13,474 nucleotides of DNA from Nitrospinales bacterium (GTDB lineage Bacteria > Nitrospinota > Nitrospinia > Nitrospinales > JAJDAT01): assembly GCA_046757665.1 (NCBI GenBank), contig JBHHYO010000071.1, positions 1 through 13,474 of the forward strand. The letters run 5' to 3'. The notes beneath the pieces were generated by a model. It did no database searches and was not told where the DNA came from. It was given only the letters and a program-made list of their open reading frames with translations. Both the position numbers and the translations under genes were made by a program. Shown here piece after piece: positions 7,951 through 13,474 of the stretch. Every line of letters starts with the position of its first letter. The first letter of the stretch is position 1.

Positions 7951-9204
7951 TCAGTGTGGTTGTTCCCCGTCATGTTCCAGACCGCGCACCCGGTTGCGTA
8001 CGGCCCAAAGCAGACCCAGGCCGGGCAGGGCTCCGAGAAAAGTGATAAAAAAGAACGCCGCCCAACCGACTTCCTCGACCAGAAAACCGGAAGGTGGGCC
8101 GACAAAAACCCGCCCCAGGGACGCCAGCGCGGACAACAGCGCAAATTGGGTCGCGGTGAATCGATGATTACACAAGGCCATGAGAAACGCCACGAAGGCG
8201 GCGGTTCCCATTCCGCCGGACAAGTTCTCGAAAGCAACGGCGAAGATCATCATGCCATAGCTCTTGCCCCACCAAGCCAGCACCATAAAGGAAAGGTTTG
8301 AAAGCGCCTGCAAGATACCGTAAAGCATCAGGGACCGGTACAAGCCCAGATTTGCCATGAGCGTACCGCCCGCCAGGGCGCCGATGATGGTGGCGGCCAG
8401 CCCCATGCCTTTGTTGATGGCCCCTACTTCGCCCACGGAAAATCCTGCGCCGCGGATCAAAAACGCCGTCGTCAAACTGCCGGCAAACGCATCTCCCAGT
8501 TTGTACAGGACAATGAGCGCCAGCATGGCCCAGGCTCCGGAACGCGAAAAAAAGTCTTTCAGAGGTCCCCGCACGGCTTCGTCCAGGCTACGCGGCGGCT
8601 GGGCCGGTTCTTCCGGTTCCGGACCCAACAGGGTTCCCAAAATGCCCACAAGCATAAAACCAGCCATCAGCAAATATGTCAAACGCCAGCTCATGAACTG
8701 TGACAGGATAAGAGCCAGCGCACCGGAAACCAGCATGGCAATACGGTAGCCGGTAACCGAAACCGCGGCTCCCAGGCCTCGTTCCCTCTCCCGCAACACA
8801 TCGGTGCGATAAGCATCAAAGACAATATCCTGGGACGCGGAGGAAAACGCCACACCCAGGGCCAGTGCCGCCAGAGCCCAGGGCGCACGGTCTGGCGAGG
8901 ACAGCCCCATGGCCACAATAAGGACCGTCAGGACAGCCTGGGTGATTAACAACCATCCCCGGCGCCTGCCCAGCAAGGCAGGCACATAACGGTCCATCAG
9001 CGGCGCCCATAAAAATTTCAAGGTATAGGGCAAACCCACCAGGGTGAAAATACCAATGGTCCGCAGATCGACCCCCGCAACCGTCATCCAGGCTTGCAAG
9101 GTGCCGCCCGTCAACGCCAAAGGCAAACCCGAGGAAAACCCCAGGAGCACCATGACACCGATTCGCCGGTTGGCAAGGCTTTGAAAAGTGGCGGCAAAAG
9201 ACAC
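7951..9204 (-). CDS. ampG: AmpG family muropeptide MFS transporter, 417 aa
   Basis: LLGFSSGLPLALTGGTLQAWM, LKFLWAPLMDRY...GRRRGWLLITQ, FSSASQDIVFDAYR, GYRIAML, LYKLGDAFA and FTATQFALLSAL closely follow E. coli AmpG as I recall it. GTG start with GGGGAGAG upstream. Confidence 0.95.
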   Translation of the reverse strand: MSFAATFQSLANRRIGVMVLLGFSSGLPLALTGGTLQAWMTVAGVDLRTIGIFTLVGLPYTLKFLWAPLMDRYVPALLGRRRGWLLITQAVLTVLIVAMGLSSPDRAPWALAALALGVAFSSASQDIVFDAYRTDVLRERERGLGAAVSVTGYRIAMLVSGALALILSQFMSWRLTYLLMAGFMLVGILGTLLGPEPEEPAQPPRSLDEAVRGPLKDFFSRSGAWAMLALIVLYKLGDAFAGSLTTAFLIRGAGFSVGEVGAINKGMGLAATIIGALAGGTLMANLGLYRSLMLYGILQALSNLSFMVLAWWGKSYGMMIFAVAFENLSGGMGTAAFVAFLMALCNHRFTATQFALLSALASLGRVFVGPPSGFLVEEVGWAAFFFITFLGALPGLGLLWAVRNRVRGLEHDGEQPH

Positions 9205-9580
9205 TTGTTTTACTCTCCCCGCCCTGCTTGTTTCAATCTCCGAACCCGGTTTCGCATTGTCTCTCTGAAAATTCGGTTGCTCAAATGCCCGGTTTCCTGT
9301 TCCGGTATTTTTTATTTTGCCAAAAAATCGCCCAAACCGTTCTGTTTGTTATATTATAAAGAGGGGGTTTATAGCTAATTTTTTTAAGAATTAAAATTTT
9401 TCAAGGAAATCCGTTGTAAAGAACTTGTTAAATAGCCCCGGCAGGCCGATATTATATTTACCAGCCGGAGGAAGCCGACCTTGCGGGCTGACAAGCGTCA
9501 AAAATTCGCTGGGTGGCGCGGTTTTTTCGACTGATTTTAATGAAAAACTCACGTTATCGGTAAAAATCCGGTTAGTTATA

Positions 9581-9653
9581 AAAATTTGACCGCAACTCCG
9601 GAGCGTCTTCCCGCACTGGAGTAAAACTTGGTTTGGGTCAATCTTTTTTTTTT
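9581..9653 (+). promoter_or_regulatory. Nested stem-loop followed by T10 in the leader of the MotB-like gene (candidate attenuator/terminator)
   Basis: Inner stem ACTCCGGAGCG (9595-9605) pairs with CGCACTGGAGT (9612-9622), 10 of 11 pairs, around a TCTTCC loop. Outer stem TTGACC (9586-9591) pairs with GGTCAA (9636-9641). The T10 run is at 9644-9653, 35 nt before the ATG. Confidence 0.4.
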
Positions 9654-9688
9654 GATTTCTTTGCAAAGCTGGGAGTCGGACGATCATC

Positions 9689-11305
9689 ATGCTCAATGGG
9701 GAAAACATTCAATTGGTCAAGGAACAGCTCAGAATCAGGACCCGCGAGCTGAGAAAGCAGGAAGAAGAAAAAATAAAAATCAGCGAAAAGGTGAAGAGTG
9801 TTCTGGCTTTGAACCAGAAGAAAATGCAGGAATTAAAGACCCTTCTTGAAGAAAAAAACGAGGCGCTGGCAACCGCCCAGGCGCGCATGGAAACCATTGA
9901 GGTCTCCGATACAGGCGACGACGCGGGCACCGGCACCCGAGTCAAAGAAGTCGTAGTGCAAGACCCTGCCCTGCTGGCGGAATTAAAGGAACTCCGGGAA
10001 AAAGACCGGCAACTGGCCTTGCAGGTCAATGCCGCATCGACGGAAAAAAGCCGCCTGGACAAGGAAAAAAAGTTGCTCCTCAAAGAAATCAAACGGATGC
10101 GGAAAGACCCCGTCACCACCGAGAACCTGAAAAAACAAATCAAAAAGCTCAAGGGAGAATTGGAGGATCTGCAAACCCGTTCCGGAGAATCCGCCGCCAA
10201 TCTGGAACAGCTCCTCAAGGAAAAGGATGAGATCATCGCTTCCTACGAAAAGATGCTTTACGGTGAAACCGAAGCCGGTCAGGAAGGGATGCTTCCGTCA
10301 GAAATCATCGCCGACCTGAAAACCGAACTGAAGGAACGGCTGGAAGAAAAGAAGCAGATGGTGCAACAAATCGAAGAGTTGACGGAAATGGCGCAAGACC
10401 TGGAAGTCCGGCTTTCCATGGCCAAGGAAACCGACGCGGCGGCCGCTCTCGCCGGCTCCGGTGGGAGAAGCGAGGAAAGCCGGAGCGCCCAAACCGCCGA
10501 ATTCTCCGCCGGCCTGGAAGCTTTCCTCATCACTTACAGCGACATGATCACCCTGATTCTCGTTATTTTCGTGCTCATGTATTCGGTTTCCAAACTCGAC
10601 GAAGAAAGGCTGGCCCAGGCGTTGTCCTCTTTCCAATCCAAGGAATGGCGCGTCGAACACCTGAATGTGCGGCTTAGCAAAAAGGAATTTTCCATGCTGG
10701 AGCGCGTCCGTGAGCTGGTCAAGGACAACATCGATCCCGAGATGTTGAAACGGGGCGACACCCGGACCATCTTGAAACGCCTGCCCAACGAAGAATTGTT
10801 TCTTCCCGGCGAAGCTACTTTTGTGGACGGCGCAGAAAAAACCATTCGCGGCGCTATTCAGGAAGATTTGAAAGACGGCGTAAAACAGGTCATCGTCGAG
10901 GGCCATACGGACGACGTGGATATCAAGTCGGCCAAATTCCCTTCCAATTGGGAGCTGTCATCGGCGCGGGCCGCAAGCGTGGCACGCTTCATCATCGAAA
11001 AAATGCGTTTCCCGGCCAAGTTCGTGATGGTTGCCGGGTTTGGCAAATACCGCCCGCTCAAACCAAATACCAGCGACGAAAACCGCGCGATCAACCGCCG
11101 GGTGGAAATCAAGATTTTAAAAGACGTCAAAGTTCTGGAAGCGGAAGAGAAAGCCAGAAAAGCCAAAGCCCAGGCGGAGGGGAAAACGACGCCAAAAACG
11201 GCAACCGGCAAGAGCCCGGGCAAGACAGGACCGCCCGCAAGCTCTCCGCCAAAAAGCTCCTACGCTCCCCGCCCGACAGGCAGGAGTTCCGGCGCTTCCA
11301 AGTGA
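9689..11305 (+). CDS. MotB/OmpA-family protein with long N-terminal coiled coil, 538 aa
   Basis: Residues ~1-245 are a K/E/L-rich coiled coil. The MotB-type TM FLITYSDMITLILVIFVLMYSVS carries the ion-binding Asp285 (10541-10543). The OmpA-like peptidoglycan-binding domain has VEGHTDD...FPSNWELSSARAASV...GFGKYRP...NRRVEI. The tail is K/P/S/T-rich. GGGAG lies upstream. Confidence 0.9.
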   Translation: MLNGENIQLVKEQLRIRTRELRKQEEEKIKISEKVKSVLALNQKKMQELKTLLEEKNEALATAQARMETIEVSDTGDDAGTGTRVKEVVVQDPALLAELKELREKDRQLALQVNAASTEKSRLDKEKKLLLKEIKRMRKDPVTTENLKKQIKKLKGELEDLQTRSGESAANLEQLLKEKDEIIASYEKMLYGETEAGQEGMLPSEIIADLKTELKERLEEKKQMVQQIEELTEMAQDLEVRLSMAKETDAAAALAGSGGRSEESRSAQTAEFSAGLEAFLITYSDMITLILVIFVLMYSVSKLDEERLAQALSSFQSKEWRVEHLNVRLSKKEFSMLERVRELVKDNIDPEMLKRGDTRTILKRLPNEELFLPGEATFVDGAEKTIRGAIQEDLKDGVKQVIVEGHTDDVDIKSAKFPSNWELSSARAASVARFIIEKMRFPAKFVMVAGFGKYRPLKPNTSDENRAINRRVEIKILKDVKVLEAEEKARKAKAQAEGKTTPKTATGKSPGKTGPPASSPPKSSYAPRPTGRSSGASK

Positions 11306-11310
11306 AAATT

Positions 11311-11339
11311 TTTATGCTACCGGCGTTTTGTAATATAAT
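11311..11339 (+). promoter_or_regulatory. Putative sigma70 promoter for the cyclase gene
   Basis: Perfect TATAAT at 11334-11339 with a weak TTTATG 17 bp upstream, in an AT-rich intergenic gap. Confidence 0.35.
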
Positions 11340-11414
11340 TTGTATGCTAGGAATAAATGGATCGGCGCGGGAACGAGCGCTTCCCGACGGCGGAATCAAA
11401 CCCTGTCTCAAACT

Positions 11415-13472
11415 ATGACCGACGACAAACAATCCATCTCCGAAATCCTGTTCCATAACCGTCAGGCTTTTTTGCGCTTCAACCAGTTTAAAATCAGCCA
11501 GACGCTGAAAACCCTTTCACAAATCGACCGGCTGATCTATATCGCCATCCCCCGCCTTCTGCATGTCAACCACAAGGATTTGCCGGGATACATCAACGAC
11601 AAGGTTCCATGCGGGATTTACAACTATGTCCTGAACCGGGAAACGGAAGAGGTATTGGAAAAACTGTTTCCCGGAGCGATTATTCGAAAAACCAATAACC
11701 GCCCGGCCATCATTCAAACCATGCTGTTAATGGGTAGCGTGGGATCGATCGCGCAAACCAAAAAATCGGACCTGGACTACACCCTGCTGATTCACAAAAA
11801 CGATTACTCCGCCGAAGAGATGGAACTTTTTTCTAAAAAGTTGCGGCTCATCGAAAATTGGACCTGGGACAACTACCACCTGGAAACCCATTTCTTCGTC
11901 AATGATATTGATGAAGTGAGAGAAAACAACTTCGGCGAAAGCGATAGCGAAAGCACCGGCACGGCCATGGCAAAACTCCTGAAAGAGGAAATGCTCCGCA
12001 CCCTGGTCATCGTCGCCGGGAAAATCCCCTTCTGGGCCATTGTCCCGGTGGGCACCAATGATGACTACTACGCCGAACTGCAAAAACAGGTGGTCGAACA
12101 TCGAACCTTGTTGGACCGTGAAGAGTTCGTCGACATGGGAAACGTAGACGACATTTCCCCCGGCGAATTTTTCGGAGGCTCCATTTGGGCATTGATCAAG
12201 GCGTTTGGTTCGCCTTTCAAAACCCTCATGAAAATGGGAGTGCTCGAGGAATACATGTTTAACAACTCCAAGTCCAACTTGTTATGCCATGAAATCAAGA
12301 GAGGCGTGTTTTCCAACAACAAGCCCTTCCTGGAAATCGATCCCTATCTCACGATGTTCGAACGGGTGCAGAAATTTTTTATAGATACCAAAACGCAAAA
12401 CGAAGTTGACGCCCTGCGAACGTCTTTTTATTTGAAAGTGGGAACCCAGATCAACGCGGAGGAGCTGGAGTATGGCTCTTCCAGAAACCAGAAGAAAAAC
12501 ACTTTGATCCAAATGATCAAGGGATGGGGGTGGCCGCCTTCCAAAATCGAGGATCTCAATGACTATAAAAACTGGCCCATGAACAAGAAAGTAGCCCTGG
12601 GAAACCGCATCAACAAGATTCTCATGGCCTCTTACAAAAACATCTCCGATAAAAACAAGAGCCTGGTCTCCAGCGAAAGCCTGATCAACGAAAAAGACAC
12701 CAACCTCCTGGGCCGCAAGTTGTTCAGTTATTACCACAAAGCCAATTACAAGGTCGATAACGTCGGCGGCTTCGTGGACGGCGCCCTTGGAGAAAAGGAA
12801 CTGACCATTTTCTATGATCAATTCAACGTCCGGGCCAAGGGCGTTTGGTACCTGATCCGCGGAAAGACCCTGGCCAACCGGGACCAACTGGACACCGATT
12901 TAATCATTAAAAAAGCCTCCACATTGGAATTTCTTCTGGCTTTCGCAACGTTTAATCAACTATACAAGAAGGACACCTCGATCCTCCTGAGAGCCGACCA
13001 AATGTCCTTCAATGATAAAGACGTTTACAACGCCCTGGAAAAGCTGTCTTCCTTTATTTCACAAGTCAACATCGCCCATATTTCCAATGAAGACCTGATG
13101 GCCGGCGCCCAGGTCAAACAGCTTTTCATCTTCGCCGATTTCGGCAATCCCTTTCCCAAGGACCTCATGATGGCCGATATCCGCGAATGCAAGACCGCCA
13201 AGGAATATTCCGCTTTTATCAATAAACGGCTGGAGCGCCTCAAAAGTACAACCTACGTTTATTTGAATACCTGGGGAGAACTTTTCTGCAAAACCTTTTC
13301 CGGATTGGAAAGTATGGCCCGGTGCACCAGGGAACTTTCCGAAAAAGTGAGCCTCCGGTTTCTGGAGGAACAAAATTTCCTTAAGGTTTTTATTCCCACG
13401 GGCCGAAAAGAGGACCTGGAATTACCCTGGATGAACAGTTATATTATGTCAGTAGTGTCCGGGGAAAATTAA
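11415..13472 (+). CDS. cyaA: Class I adenylate cyclase (CyaA-like, pol-beta nucleotidyltransferase fold), 685 aa
   Basis: Motifs IPRLLHVNHKDLPGY...VPCGI, MGSVGSIAQTKKSDLD (GS...SDxD), ETHFF, LLKEEMLRT...AGKIPFW, WALIKAFGSPFKTLMK, IDPY, RTSFYLKVG, LGRKL and YLNTWGELF occur in the order known for class I cyclases. ATG 11415 is preferred to TTG 11340. TAA 13470-13472. Confidence 0.88.
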   Translation: MTDDKQSISEILFHNRQAFLRFNQFKISQTLKTLSQIDRLIYIAIPRLLHVNHKDLPGYINDKVPCGIYNYVLNRETEEVLEKLFPGAIIRKTNNRPAIIQTMLLMGSVGSIAQTKKSDLDYTLLIHKNDYSAEEMELFSKKLRLIENWTWDNYHLETHFFVNDIDEVRENNFGESDSESTGTAMAKLLKEEMLRTLVIVAGKIPFWAIVPVGTNDDYYAELQKQVVEHRTLLDREEFVDMGNVDDISPGEFFGGSIWALIKAFGSPFKTLMKMGVLEEYMFNNSKSNLLCHEIKRGVFSNNKPFLEIDPYLTMFERVQKFFIDTKTQNEVDALRTSFYLKVGTQINAEELEYGSSRNQKKNTLIQMIKGWGWPPSKIEDLNDYKNWPMNKKVALGNRINKILMASYKNISDKNKSLVSSESLINEKDTNLLGRKLFSYYHKANYKVDNVGGFVDGALGEKELTIFYDQFNVRAKGVWYLIRGKTLANRDQLDTDLIIKKASTLEFLLAFATFNQLYKKDTSILLRADQMSFNDKDVYNALEKLSSFISQVNIAHISNEDLMAGAQVKQLFIFADFGNPFPKDLMMADIRECKTAKEYSAFINKRLERLKSTTYVYLNTWGELFCKTFSGLESMARCTRELSEKVSLRFLEEQNFLKVFIPTGRKEDLELPWMNSYIMSVVSGEN

Positions 13473-13474
13473 AA

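Noticed and set aside
9355-9373. Palindrome TATAAA-N7-TTTATA upstream of ampG
   Set aside because: The arms are all A/T in an AT-rich stretch, so chance is likely and no regulator can be assigned.
7081-9474. Shared CAGCCGGAGG(G)AAG at 7081 and 9462, faintly like the SRP RNA core
   Set aside because: Only 10 bp are identical, and the flanking SRP helix (CAGG...GCAGC) is missing.
9391-9708. 105-aa minus-strand ORF and other small ORFs in the intergenic region
   Set aside because: No protein-like features, it crosses homopolymer tracts, and it overlaps the MotB-like start.
11313-11386. TATGCTA direct repeat (11313, 11343) and CGGGAA/TTCCCG hairpin (11368-11386)
   Set aside because: Both are too short to support a call, and the hairpin has no U-tract.
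9689-13472. Zorya or CBASS anti-phage system
   Set aside because: No ZorA/C/D/E genes are present and the B subunit has flagellar MotB-type motifs. The nucleotidyltransferase carries class I cyclase motifs throughout, not a CD-NTase layout, and no Cap effector is in the window.

Overview
Bacterial chromosomal window with nine credible CDSs and no rRNA, tRNA, CRISPR array or transposase. In order: a single-chain class II (B12-dependent) ribonucleotide reductase nrdJ behind tandem NrdR boxes; a translationally coupled pair on the minus strand (TPR protein and FGE/SUMF1-domain lipoprotein); an unannotatable membrane-anchored protein made of two ~200-aa internal repeats; an AT-richer segment with an XRE repressor and an orphan OmpR/PhoB-family regulator with 11-bp-phased direct repeats; ampG; a 484-bp motif-rich intergenic region; a MotB/OmpA-family protein with an unusual ~275-aa N-terminal coiled-coil extension and no adjacent motA; and a class I adenylate cyclase-like gene. 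The best candidates for novelty are the extended MotB plus class I cyclase pair with its structured leader, and the internally duplicated hypothetical protein. All family calls come from motif recognition by eye, not database searches.
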